A stretch of 64,000 nt of DNA from Octopus bimaculoides (taxonomy: Eukaryota): contig NC_068987.1 in the NCBI RefSeq assembly GCF_001194135.2, positions 17,174,487 through 17,238,486 on the forward strand. The letters run 5' to 3'. Below, in pieces: positions 12,670-24,627 of the stretch (the first letter of the stretch is position 1; each line of letters opens with the position of its first letter). The notes beneath the pieces are model-generated. The model was not told where the DNA came from. It saw nothing but the letters and a program-made list of their open reading frames with translations, and did no database searches. Position numbers and translations under genes: made by a program.

Positions 12670-12870
12670 TACGGTACTCGAGTTTCTAATTAAGCGTTCA
12701 CTCTACTAACCACAATTACTCCTCAGGATTGGGGATTCCAATCCCTTCCACAGGGATGTCTGGATTTTCATTTAAAACTGATGAAGTTGTTTCCACCGGA
12801 GCGTTGGCATATAGCGCTTCGTAATCTCTGTTCGAAATGTGAACTATTATTCTTTCGTTTAATCTCGAGG
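12670..12870 (-). mobile_element. Penelope-like fragment: ORF end running into a degenerate hammerhead-like motif
   Basis: Minus frame LNERIIVHISNRDYEALYANAPVETTSSVLNENPDIPVEGIGIPNPEE* ends in CTGAGGA-GTAATT...AATTA-GAAA-CTCGAG-TA with palindrome ACTCGAGT (12676-83). Confidence 0.5.
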
Positions 12871-12929
12871 ATCACTTGCCATCATTTATAAAATCTGGAT
12901 ACCACCTCATAAGAATGCTCTTCGATGCA

Positions 12930-13148
12930 ATCTTTCACCACAACTTTCTCTTACTTCCTGTTTCTGTTGTGGCTGTAATTCAAAGGGTCAGCCTTGTCAC
13001 ATTGTGTCACGCTAAATATCCTCAAGAACTACGTTAAGGGTACACGTGTCTGTGGAGTGCTCAGCCACTTGAACGTTAATTTCACGAGCAGGCTGATTCG
13101 TTGATCGGATCAACTGGAACCCTCGACGTCATAAGCGACGGAGTGCCA
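12930..13148 (+). mobile_element. SINE family C 3' half
   Basis: TCTTTCACCACAACTTTCTC...GTTAAGGGTACACGTGTCTGTGGAGTGCTCAGCCACTTG...GGATCAACTGGAACCCTCG...GACGGAGTGCC matches 41400-41626. Confidence 0.9.
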
Positions 13149-14389
13149 CCTCCTCTATATTTGCACGACAGCAAAAGACCTCATAATCAGAAGCAGTAGT
13201 AGAAAGCTCAGCAACATCTGCAGCAACAGCAATTACAAACAGCACCACAAAACAAGAATAATACCGTGATCAACAACAAAATCAGCACCATATTTAGATA
13301 GTTTTTACTTGCAGAAAAGCGAGGTATTATACATATTAGCTCTTGCTTTAACACCCATATGTGCAAAATTATATATTCGCTGTGTGATGTTGGAAAGAGC
13401 GAAAAGAAAAATAGAACATAGCGGAAATTGTCAGAAGATATACTTCACATATAAAAGCAATACTGTAGCAATGTGCATAGCATGATTTAATAAATTTTAG
13501 CAAGAAGTATATTTATACGTAATTGGTCACAATTTGGGAAACGTATTAACAGTTTATGTTTGGAAAGAGTAAATTTTCTGAAAAAAAAAAAAAAAGTAGA
13601 AGAAAAAATATGTTGTTACTGCTAAGCAGAGAAGAGGTGAACCATTACCTGTTAATGCAAACTAACTGAAATTCTTCTCCTCAATGCACACTAGCAAAAT
13701 GAAACGGAAGCTGAATTCGGAAACGCTTATCATCAACATGTAGTCATGTATGACTAGGATAAATTATGAAAATTTTAGCGCATTGCGAATATATGTGGAT
13801 TTGTTTGCATAATTACATTCATTTGCTGTGATTTTAATTTCATTTCCACATAAGCTGGCATTAATTATTGTTGCAAATATTTTATATCGATATTGATATA
13901 TCGATATCGGACTTTAATATTCTTTTCCATATACTTCTCAATAGGCTTCTGGTCATCTTTTCAAATTCATTAAGTAAATCAATTTTATTCATTGAACTCT
14001 TGAACCGACATCTGAAGTGTTAAGAAGATACTAAGACTTATACGGAAAATGAAACTAAAACTAGTTCTACAAATGTTACGAACTAATACAAAATAAAAAC
14101 GGATAGCTTCCCGCAGTATCTCTATGTAGCATCATAAATGTTTGCTTCAAATCTTGTAAATGTTTTCTATATTTTATTTGAATACATCTGTTTGTTACAA
14201 AATGACACACATCTGCTTTTTCACCGTCTGTTCTGAAGCATATTTGATTATTGCACTTTTGTAGTTTTCGTCGTATATTTGGTCATGAACAAAAATTACG
14301 ATTTCACATACTTATATTTTAATCACCTTTTTTAGTTAGAGATTACAATATAATGCTAAAAACTGGAGGATTTCCATCATATTCATTAG

Positions 14390-14716
14390 GGAGCACTCCG
14401 TCGGTTACGACGACAAGGGTTCCAGTTGATCTGATCAATGGAGCAGTCTGTTCATCAAATTAACGTGCAAGTGACTGAGCACTACACAGACATGTGTACC
14501 CTTAACGCAGTTCTCAAAGAGATTGAACGTGACACTGAGAGTGACAAGGATGGCCCTTTGAAAAACAGGTACTTCTAATTTTTTACCAGCTGAGATAACT
14601 GGAGCAACGTGAAAATAGAGTGTCTTGCTCAAGGACACAACGTGCAGTCGGGAATTGAACTCACGCCCTTACGACCGTGAGTTTAATATCACAAACACTA
14701 AGCCACGAGCCTTCAC
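14390..14716 (-). mobile_element. Complete SINE: tRNA-like head, TCCTTGAGCAAGACAC central module, family C tail
   Basis: Minus strand: A-box TGGCTTAGTG, B-box GAGTTCAATTCC, GTGTCCTTGAGCAAGACACTCTATTTTCACGTTGCTCCAG, tail GGAACCCTTGTCGTCGTAACCGACGGAGTGCTCC. Confidence 0.9.
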
Positions 14717-14874
14717 AATATTCATTAGAATAGTATTTCAAAGTTTATTTCAAAATTTCTTCTAAGAAAACATAAAAAAAATTAATTCGTATAAATCTTC
14801 ACTAACACTTCAATGTACAGTATCATAAAAATATGTGTTGTGGTGTTTAGGTAGATCTTTTAGCTTTTTACGTT

Positions 14875-15020
14875 TTACCTTTTGCAGTCACTAGATTACG
14901 GCCATACTGTTTCAATTCTTCGAAGGGTTTGAATCGAACTAATTGACCACTGTACTTAGCTTTTTACGTCCGGTATTTATTCTGCTGGTCACTTTTGCCG
15001 AAACAAATCAGAGGTTGTTA
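14875..15020 (-). mobile_element. Degenerate SINE family A 3' part
   Basis: CAGTCACTAGATTACGGCCATACTG...GGTATTTATTCTGCTGGTCACTTTTGCCGAA resembles the reverse complement of the tail. Confidence 0.6.
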
Positions 15021-15339
15021 ATAAAACACGTGGGAAGCAATTGATGTAAACTTCATTTCGTGTTTATCATACTTTCTCCTACTTTGTCTTTGTACGTAAT
15101 ATAACCAATAACAATGATTTGTACAGTAATAATCACACCACTGTGCTGCATGTAGACTGCATGATGATACTCTCTGTGGAGCTCTGAACACACCAGTAGC
15201 AGTCACATATCTAACTGAACACACAAAGGGCCATTGAAAGATTCATGCTAAGATTGTTGCAAAATTATATCCAAGATCAAATACTTCGAGAACAGAGTGG
15301 AATTAACGATATGATCGCAGAATACCGATAACATGTCCC

Positions 15340-15730
15340 AGTGGTCTCGAAATAGTTCACAAGTGAAAGCATGAAATTGTTGAGGGATCTCCAAGAAATA
15401 AGAAAAGCGACTCAGAAAGTTTCCTGAACGTTAGGAAGACAATTTAGTAAAATGATTAGGGCTACGATGGAAAAGAATGACTCGATCAAGAAAGAATGGA
15501 AAGAACATTGTGAATAGCACTATATGATATCTGGTCAATTAGTTATTGACGCTTTCTGGCCGACTACTGCACTTGGTAATATTACCAACTCTTCAGATAT
15601 TATGGTCGGAAACGAGTAACACCTCTTGTGCTGGAAGTAAATATATATTCTTAGCTTGCTTGGTAATGACAAAAAGCGGACGAAAGCGAAAGCGGTTCAT
15701 GGGGCGGATGAGTTTTCGGGCTCATGATTA
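15340..15730 (+). mobile_element. RTE-like LINE relic (EN-RT linker)
   Basis: Broken frames RDLQEIRK..., DSIKKEWKEHCE*HY, PLVLEV..., KAVHGADEF resemble the RTE/BovB pattern DIKKRWQEY.E.LY ... P.IL..EV ... KA.G.D.IP.E. Confidence 0.45.
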
Positions 15731-15990
15731 TTAGATATTGAAATCGAAACTCGGATGTGGTTATGCAGTATGTCGTCTACAAATGTGCATCATTGTACAT
15801 GGTTTCACTTCTCGTATCTAAAATTGAGCACCAATACAAATGACAGGTTAATGATGTGACCATTTTATCAAATGTTTCTATCGTGTAAATGGTGATGTTT
15901 CGGTGTGTTAGTTAAATCACAAGGTATATAGCAAGCACTTACATATATTATATACATATGTCTCCCTCCTTCCTCCTCTCNNNNNNNNNN

Positions 15991-16031
<41 letters not shown>

Positions 16032-16649
16032 TTTAAATATCTGTCTCTTGGCCATAGATATCTCCCAGCGAAGAACAAATCCCTGATATACAGATATATA
16101 ATTCGATTCGTAATAAAACGCTATATATATTTTCGACATAAACCGATTTTTCCCAGTGCATAGGTCATTCACAGTGATTTTATCCAATCGTAAAAGTAGT
16201 TTCTAACAATATTGTACTACAGGTATATCATAAAACTTTATTAACACTAGTGCCATATTACCGATCACATGATAGAAGCAGTAAATAACTCAATCTAGAT
16301 GTCTATATAGATATGTTTAGTTGATGCTTATAACCAAATATACAGGAAAAATTATTAAACTACGCTTTTTGCCTTTATCTTTCAGATCCGTCCACATGGT
16401 ATATGTGTACATACATACGTACATATGCACATACAAATATATATATTTGTGTATGTATGTATATATATATATATATAAAGAAACAATATCAAACACGTAT
16501 ACGCTGCGATTCTCCTGAATTCGCCTGGCGTTAAAACTACTGGAAGTCATACACAAGCGAGATAACTCGCATCAGGCCTCGTCAATGGGGTTCGATAAAC
16601 ATTAATGTTCCGTCCTTTTAATGCCTATCGCTCTTGTCTATAACTTCTA

Positions 16650-16757
16650 GGTGTTTTAACACTGAAGAGAGGGAAAGAAAATTAATCTCGGCGAAATTTG
16701 AACTCAGAACTAAGCATTTCGCCCGGAATGCTAATAATTCTCCCAGCTAGCTGCTTT
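16650..16757 (-). mobile_element. SINE family B 5' part
   Basis: CTCGGCGAAATTTGAACTCAGAAC...AAGCATTTCGCCCGGAATGCTAATAATTCTCCCAGCTAGCTGC is the reverse complement of the family B head. Confidence 0.8.
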
Positions 16758-16979
16758 TTAAATGCAAGAAATATTAACACAAGTGGAATTTCGGGAAAGT
16801 ATACTAATCATTTAATACGAGGTTAGCTTGATGTCAAGTCATGTTTAATAGTTATTGGTTCGTGTAATTCTGCCAAAATTTTAGTCACCCTTAACATTGT
16901 TAGATGAGGATGTCAAAGGATACTATAGATACAACTGAGTCCTAATAAACGTATGTCTGGGCCAATAGCATCTATGGAG

Positions 16980-17260
16980 AAAACAAAGCACTAAAAATAT
17001 TAACAGGATAATCAGCTTCACTGGAAATAACAGAAGTGTGGGATATGAGGCAGAATACAAAACCTGGATTTAAAAGATGGAAGAAATTAATATTGTGGAA
17101 AAAATAGCAAAATTAGGTGAGAAATTGAAATTCGTTATATTGAAGACAGAATGTGACGGATGACCAAAGCAGTAATGATATAAAGTCAATGCACATGGTT
17201 AGCATACAGGACATCTGTACAAAAAGAAGCTATTGTGGGACATGTTGAGAATAGAGAAAA
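16980..17260 (+). mobile_element. Possible highly decayed LINE RT C-terminal relic
   Basis: MEEINIVEKIAKL...DRMTKAV resembles the RTE-type pattern DI.EKI..LKW.WAGH...DRWTK.V; weak. Confidence 0.3.
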
Positions 17261-18539
17261 TATAGTTGTAGATATGCCTGACAATGGTGTATGTAGGTCG
17301 ATGCAAAGAGTATCAACACCTGATTTGCAACCCAATTTCTACTCAGGAGGTAAATAAATGACGACGCAGAAGCTTAAACAAAGAAAATATATGAGACCGA
17401 GTTTTTGAAACTCGCTAAGCAAAGGATGGTTTAAATGCATTGGCGCCCAACCCCTATTGTTATAATGAAGCAACGCATTCACATTACATTAAGGCATGAC
17501 TTGACGAAAACGGTCCTGATTGATGAGGGCAATGGAAGGTGCGTATATGAGTTAGGGAGTGGTGTGTAAAAAAGTTATATATCTACAGCAGAAGAATGTA
17601 AACGACCAAAGTTGAGTACAATAAAAAATGCCTTGGTGAGTAGTAAAACAAAATGTTGCCTACATTGTTGGAACGTGTACAACTGCACAGGGTATGTTGA
17701 ATTATCTGTTGTATAGAGAATGGTTCTGGTTTTAAATCTCGAATACTATATCTAATTTGAAAATGGTCTTCGATAGAAATACGTGGAAATTTCTTATTGT
17801 ATAAGAACTATAATTTTCACAACCCCATGACAAGATGGTAGCTGTCAATAGCTAAACAACTTCTACCTTGGTCTGGTATCTGCAACAACCTAATGTCGTG
17901 CATCTACGCAATTCCAACTGTAAGTGCTTATACAATACTCCTAGTAGGCTAGTTTATACAATACACTTTGACACATGTTTAAATAACTGAAGTTATTTGC
18001 AGAAAAAACTTAAATGTCAATAGAATTTTGTAAATAGCCAATTTTCATAACTGTGTGCATGATATAAATAATTCTATGAGAGCAAACAATTTCACTGACC
18101 GGGAAATGAGGAAATAATAAATATATCATAAAAAAAAACGATATTTATGATGTATCTGTCTGCATAAATCATCTAATGAATACCAATATACCAGTTAGAA
18201 AATAAGAAGTATAGCAGTATTGAGACATATGTAACAAAGGAGAAATAAACATTTATATTTGTTATTTATTATTGCAATATTATTGGAATTCTAAAATTTC
18301 TCATTAAAAGCTTAACGTAACATGCGGACATTTTCTGATCCCTGTCGTGATGCAGATTAAATTATTGTTGTATTTTTTTCAAACGACTTGTAATCCAGTG
18401 AATTGGTATAGGCACCAAACACCTAAAACGTATACATAAACGTGAAAATACGGAATTTTGCGTAAGAATATCTCTCTTTCATACAAAGGTAGATTGCAGC
18501 AATAATCTGTTTTAGGCAACATCTCTAATGACAGTGGCA

Positions 18540-18900
18540 GCTTATATTTGAATTCCGTTCACTTAACTGAATGACCCACGATGCCAAAGTCTTACAACAC
18601 CTAGAAAATACTACATATTTCAACATTCAGTTTGCAAGTCCTTCTGCATTTGAGCTCTGAATCCCATTCCAGTACATCTCAACGTACTATCCGATAGAGA
18701 TATATTCTGTCCGTGTCAGCTTACTGTTTAAGGATACGTTCAGAATCATAGTCTACTTCGTTTACTATAAAAGTATAATTATCGATAATTCAAATGCTAA
18801 CTTCCAGTCATCTCCCCTTGCTTTTTGTGTAGAACACATCTAAGTTTAGGCTGCACAAGTTTAAAGATACCTCACTTTACGACGTTACAGATAAAATTCT
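18540..18900 (-). mobile_element. Possible highly decayed LINE RT relic
   Basis: Minus-strand pieces LNSKLTRTEYISIG and YFLGVV resemble the post-YADD pattern L.VN..KTEY..IG ... KYLGV; weak. Confidence 0.3.
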
Positions 18901-20039
18901 TATACTCAGGCGTTGATGAAGGTTGAATCTTAATTGACATTTCATTCATTAATGAGTGGCACAGTCCCGTAAAGCTAGGTTTTCATCATCCTTTTCATGT
19001 TACTCCTCTCCCCGTGGAGGATTTGAATAGAGAACATAGTTCTTAGACCTAATCTCTGACAAATTCTCCTCTGATTGAAATCACAACAGAGAATCACATA
19101 ACATATTGGGTTGAATAAATAATTGTCATTATGGTTCTTTAATGTTTTGTAGGCCTTACGTGGAATTAGTCATTCCGAGCACGTTCAACTACATGTAATA
19201 GAGTTACTAAAGTGTCTCCGTGTACTTTCATGGTTTATTAAGAGTTGGAGGGTCTCTAAACTGCTGTGAGTAAGGGCGCAAATTATCGCAGTTCTTAAGC
19301 CTGCACACACAAGGAAAGAACTACAATGCACTTCGCTACTAAAGTATCTCCTACTTTTAGTTAAAATGTGACATATCGTATGTACTTATGTTTATTTGCG
19401 TTATATATTTTTTAGATAATAGTATAATGGGTGCTTTTCGTATTCGGGTGATTTTATCATTGACGGATCACGTATTGTTTTTATGAGTAATGAAATAATT
19501 TCATTGAAACCTGTTCAACAAGTTTGTGTAATTTGTAAACATGACTTTTTATAGTAGACAATTCCAAACATTTTAATGTATAGCTGAGTCAGCAGTCATC
19601 TTAGTCAGTCGTAGACACGTTAAATGCATCCTAGATATTATTGTACGTAACGTTTTTCAGAACGAAAAAATTAAGGCGACACACATAAATTATAACTTAC
19701 ATTATATGTACGTAAATGAAGGCATAATATATAGTATTATGACTAATACAGTTTTGTGTTAAATTTAATATGCGTACGGCTTAAGTAGGAAAATAGCCAA
19801 AAATATGAACATAGTTAATAACATATTAATTGCACCTTAATAAAGTCTAGGGACTTTATTGATGCTGTTATAATTATTCGTGCAGTAAACAGTTCAGTAG
19901 TTAAGACTATCGCTGATGTCATTAACTTGTAGTCTTGCAGTTAGAATTTTTTCTGAATTTACATTTGCGCATCACACATGACAGAAAAACTATATGCAAA
20001 ATATTTTACTTACACTTCAATTCCGAATTGTAAATAAAC

Positions 20040-20250
20040 ATTTAGAAATGGTATGAATCAGGCATGAACAACAGTTTTCGAGAAGTGGAACGCATGCAAC
20101 ATGGATCATCATTGACCGTGTCCCACAGGCCGCAAGCTTCCCACGACTATGTCATGGTAATGCTCTTGAGACATTATTGCTGATGTATTTGGAAAACATC
20201 GGTAACTGGAAATATATTATTATTGATGATTTGACTTCAGTAAGTACCTA
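20040..20250 (+). mobile_element. Possible Tc1-like transposase N-terminal relic
   Basis: KWYESG... then SGTHATWIIIDRV resembles the Tc1 SGRPR.TT...DR motif; frameshifted. Confidence 0.3.
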
Positions 20251-21535
20251 TCCATAATGAATAAATCTGTCTGTTTGCAGTAAGGCTTTAATTAAAGTGG
20301 GCTGAATGAAATAGAAGTTCTTTAGATGTTCAGATGTTTGTGATTGTCAACTATATTAGCCATATATATGCGATACAGTTCTAATACTAAAAAGCTTAGT
20401 TTTGAAATTCATTTATACTAAACAAGGCTCAAAGCAATGGTTCACTTCGCTCCGAATAATTCTTCTTCTTCTTTTTGTAGAAGCAAGGGTGGACTAAATT
20501 TTGCATATCATTCGTATGTATTTCATCTGGGAAAGGACTTGGTAAAAAATGTAACCCAAGATAATTTAATAAAGCTTCCGACAAATTATAATACTTCAGC
20601 TTCGGAAATATGGAATCGTGTATATACTAATAATTCATTTACTTAGCAAACATTATGGACTATCGAAGTAGTAACTTAAAAACAAAAATGACGCGAAAAA
20701 ATTTCTAAAATAATAAGAAAAGGAAGATATTTTCTCTGAAAATGCAAAAGTAAATTCCTTTGAGAATTTTCTATTAACCGATATATGCTTTGCTTTTATT
20801 TGTGTATTTTTGCTAAAATTTCCATGTTACGAATATTAGTTTCTTACGAAAAGAGATTTTTTTCGTTATTGACAGCTATATGAATATTGATGAAAGACTT
20901 ATATATGTCTCCACATAGACAGACGCATACATAAAGACACACACATACACACTCACATAAACAAACAAAAACACACACATGCATGTACACTTTCTAATAC
21001 ATGAATATATGCATGCACACTCATATATGTGTGCGTTAATGTGTGTGCAAGTGTCCCTACAAAAAATGTTACACATGAATATATGATAGCCTACATCTAT
21101 ATTCAAGTATTCTTATCAAAACCTGATTCCCATTCTATATAAATTGAACTTTTATGCATGCATATGTTAAAACCTGTGTTTATAGATAAACTAGCTGACC
21201 ACGTGTCACTAATAATGACAGCTAATTTTAGTATTTTATATCTAAATAAAGTACAAAATAATCACACATACAAACATTCACATACTTCCCATATACACGC
21301 ATACACATACACACATATACTCACACATAGTTGAAACGCTGATTTTTTCATACCTTCCTTCCTTATTCATCTATCACGCCTTCCTTTCTCTCATTGATAT
21401 TACTTTCTCTCACTTCCTCTCAGTCAGAGCTATTACTCTCACTACATCTCCTTCACTGAATTACTATGCTATCCCTTCCTTCGCGTCCGGCGTGATTCTG
21501 GACACACACACACACACACACACATACCCCCCCCC

Positions 21536-21601
<66 letters not shown>

Positions 21602-21813
21602 TAAGTATATATAAACACTACGCTCAATATTATATTAGGAGATTACAGTAACCACACAGTAAGAACTCTAAATGAATATTAGTGCACTAGAGACGATATA
21701 CAAGCGCCTGTACAAGAAACCTATTTAAATACGTGTCACAAACAATTTCAAAAACATTTCATCATTTAAACTGGTCTAGGTTACTTAATCAATAAATCGA
21801 CAATAGCAAGCAA

Positions 21814-22247
21814 TCTTTATCTTTTATTTGTTTCACTCATTAGACTGCAGGCACGCTGGAAAACCACCTTGAAGAATATTTTGTCGAATGAATCGATCCC
21901 AGTACTTTTTTCATAGGCCCGCTACTTAGCCTATCGGTCTCTTTTTGCCGAACTGCTGACTTACGGTCACGTAAACAAACCAAACATCGGTTGTCAAGTT
22001 GTGGTGGGGAACAAACACACACACACAAACACACAAGCACACAAGCACTCACACAAATATATACATACGACAGGCTTCTTTCAGTTTCGATCTACCCAAC
22101 TGACCCATAAATCTTTGGTCGGCCTGAGGCTATAGTATAAAACAGTTACCCAAGGTACCACGCAGTGGAACTGAACCCGGAAACATGTGGTTGGGACGGA
22201 AACATGTGGTTGGGACGGAAACTTCTCTCCACACAGCCACGTCTGCG
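21814..22247 (-). mobile_element. Complete SINE family A copy with a 19-bp internal tandem duplication
   Basis: Reverse complement of head (ACACAGCCACGTCTGC) to tail (TCTTTTATTTGTTTCA). CGGAAACATGTGGTTGGGA occurs twice at 22178-22215. Confidence 0.9.
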
Positions 22248-22249
22248 AG

Positions 22250-22680
22250 GTTCTTGATGGTTTTCTGCGCATTCAGGTTCAGGTACGTATCGTAGTGTAC
22301 GTCAAAGGAGAAATTCTCTTTTATGATGAAGGTGTATTCAGCACACTCGATTCCTTGCCGTAGAGGATTCTGGGACATCATTGTCTCGACATATTGTGTC
22401 CCGTTAGCCAGAAGTGTCTCGGTCCTTTGAATCTAGTCAAGCAGCTCTTTTATGCATATGTATGGAAAATTCTGACAAGTCTAATGCCCAACAGATCAAC
22501 GACGTGGATATTTCAAAGAATAATCATACCTTTTTTTATCAGGCGGACCAGATAAACCCATATCCAGAAACTCAGATTTGTCCACCTGACTTCTTCGCCA
22601 TAACCGATCACGGAGTCCAAGTTGGGAAATGAATCTAAAATAAGCAAGCATTAACGTTAATAGCAATGCCTCAATCTCTG
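22250..22680 (-). mobile_element. RTE-like LINE RT C-terminal relic
   Basis: Minus frames QVDKSEFLDMGLS and PRILYGKESSVLNT...KRI resemble V..F.YLGS and .VLLYG.E.W.L. Confidence 0.4.
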
Positions 22681-23424
22681 GCTGAAACCGAAAATGGAAT
22701 ACACACACACACACACACACATAGACACACGCGCGCGCGCACGCGCACGCATATATGTTTGTGTATACGTATGTTTGTATGTATGTGCTTATTATGTGGC
22801 GAATATAGCATGGAGGTTTTAAGGAGACACAAATAAATTCATGGATAAAGATATTTCGATATCGCCATAATACTAATTTGCATTTGCGCTTGGTTTTAGT
22901 GCCCACACATATGCATAATAGGTTGCTTATTGTTTTAAACAGTATTCAGCTCTTCCCATATTTATGTGTACACAACTGACGTTAAAGTGTCAAGTGGTAA
23001 AAATTTCCATTTATAATTTCTATTCCAGAATCTGTTTTCATAAAGGGCTAATTTATTATTGATATCACTAACAGAAAAAATAATAATGAAAATGCGTATT
23101 ATTGGGTGGAAAGAATACGTATAACACATCCGCAAACGCAAATATGCACATCTGCATACATACATATCTCTGTGTGTGTATGATTGTGTGTGTATGTGTT
23201 TGCATGCATTTGCGTGTTTAATTATATGTTTATAAACGTTATATTCCCTCAAGGATGCTACAGCCTAAAAAGTGGTGTACAGAGCTCAATTCGAGAAGTA
23301 TTCTTCATCTCCAGAAAATATGCGTTCCACAATATGCAAGGATATGAAGATCAGGTGAAGAAGCGGAAGAAATGTCACAATTGAAATAAACGCTACCAAC
23401 CCACCTACATAGTACCTGCCAACC

Positions 23425-23537
23425 TACCTCCCTACCTACCTCCCTACCTCCCTCCCCTACCTACCTACCTACCTACCTACCTACCTACCTACCTACCTAC
23501 CTACCTACATACATACATACATATATACATACATACA

Positions 23538-23567
<30 letters not shown>
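23425..23567. repeat. Compound (CTAC)n-(TACA)n microsatellite
   Basis: Direct reading. Confidence 0.95.
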
Positions 23568-23568
<1 letters not shown>

Positions 23569-24434
23569 GTACAGCCCTAAATATTAACACATACACTATA
23601 GTAACTAAGACGAGATTATGTGTAGTACGCATTCGCTAATTGTAATAGGTGTCTATGTGCTTTTGGGCAAACATTAATCACATTTTTGGCCCTTTCATTT
23701 TCGATGCAACGGAATCCGAACAGAGTGGGTTGACAGCTAAAGCAGGGATGGGTTCACTAGCATTCCTCCGGTACTTATTTTCATCTTAGTACACTGGAGC
23801 AACTGATGTATATTTATAAATCGTATATCCCCGACCGAGGCTACAGCCGAAAACATGGTGTTCCCAACTGATATGCGAAGCTCAAAAAAAGATCTCGCTG
23901 CCCACACAAGGAAAAGAATATGTGACATTACCAATCTGGCTTCAATACCCCAACCGCGAGGTCATGTATTACAACATACAGGTATACACGCATACACATA
24001 CGCACATATACGACTTTACATCAGTAGAATTAAATGGGAAAAACATCAGCGAAACAAAGCATTCTGGACCTACGGTCTTACGCTGCTTCTCTTCGACTAT
24101 GAGATATACGTATCCCTTAGTGATCCAGAACGAGCGGAGTAACGAAATTTTGGGATTCAATCTTTAACTGATTTTCACTGAGTTTATTTACTTTTGACAA
24201 CTGACATTTTATGCTCTAATTGGGAAAGGTCAGCCAGTTCTCTTAGGCTGTCTTGAAGGAATCATGAAACCTATACAAACTTACAGCTCATGGACGACAA
24301 GAATACCGTCATAGGCGCATGCATGTAACGTTTTGTGGTATTCAGCTTTTATGTATGCTTAGACACATCGCTTTGAGTTATCGGAAGATGCATAACATCA
24401 TTACGTGTAATTATCCTCTCTACTATAAACACGA

Positions 24435-24627
24435 GATCTGAATTTCTGTGGAAGGAGGCCTATCGAATAGATTGACCCCAGTGCTCAACTAGTACTTATA
24501 AATATAGATCTCGAAAGGATGAAAGGCTATGTCGATCTCGGCAGAATTTAAACTCAGAGCGTAAAGGCGGACGAAATGCCGCTAAACATTTTTTCCGGAG
24601 TGCTAACGATTCTCCCAGCTCGCCCCC
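24435..24627 (-). mobile_element. SINE family B
   Basis: GACCCCAGTGCTCAACTAGTAC...GAAAGGATGAAAGGC...TTTAAACTCAGAGCGTAAAG...GCTAACGATTCTCCCAGCTCGCC. Confidence 0.88.

Noticed and set aside
15545-15600. Minus-strand CTGAAGA...GAAAGCGTC hammerhead-like string
   Set aside because: Stem II does not abut GAAA, no stem I, and it lies inside the RTE relic.
19153-19269. Exon-like open frame ALRGISHSEHVQLHVIELLKCLRVLSWFIKSWRVSKLL
   Set aside because: No recognisable homology, adjacent to decayed TE sequence, and no compatible neighbouring exon.
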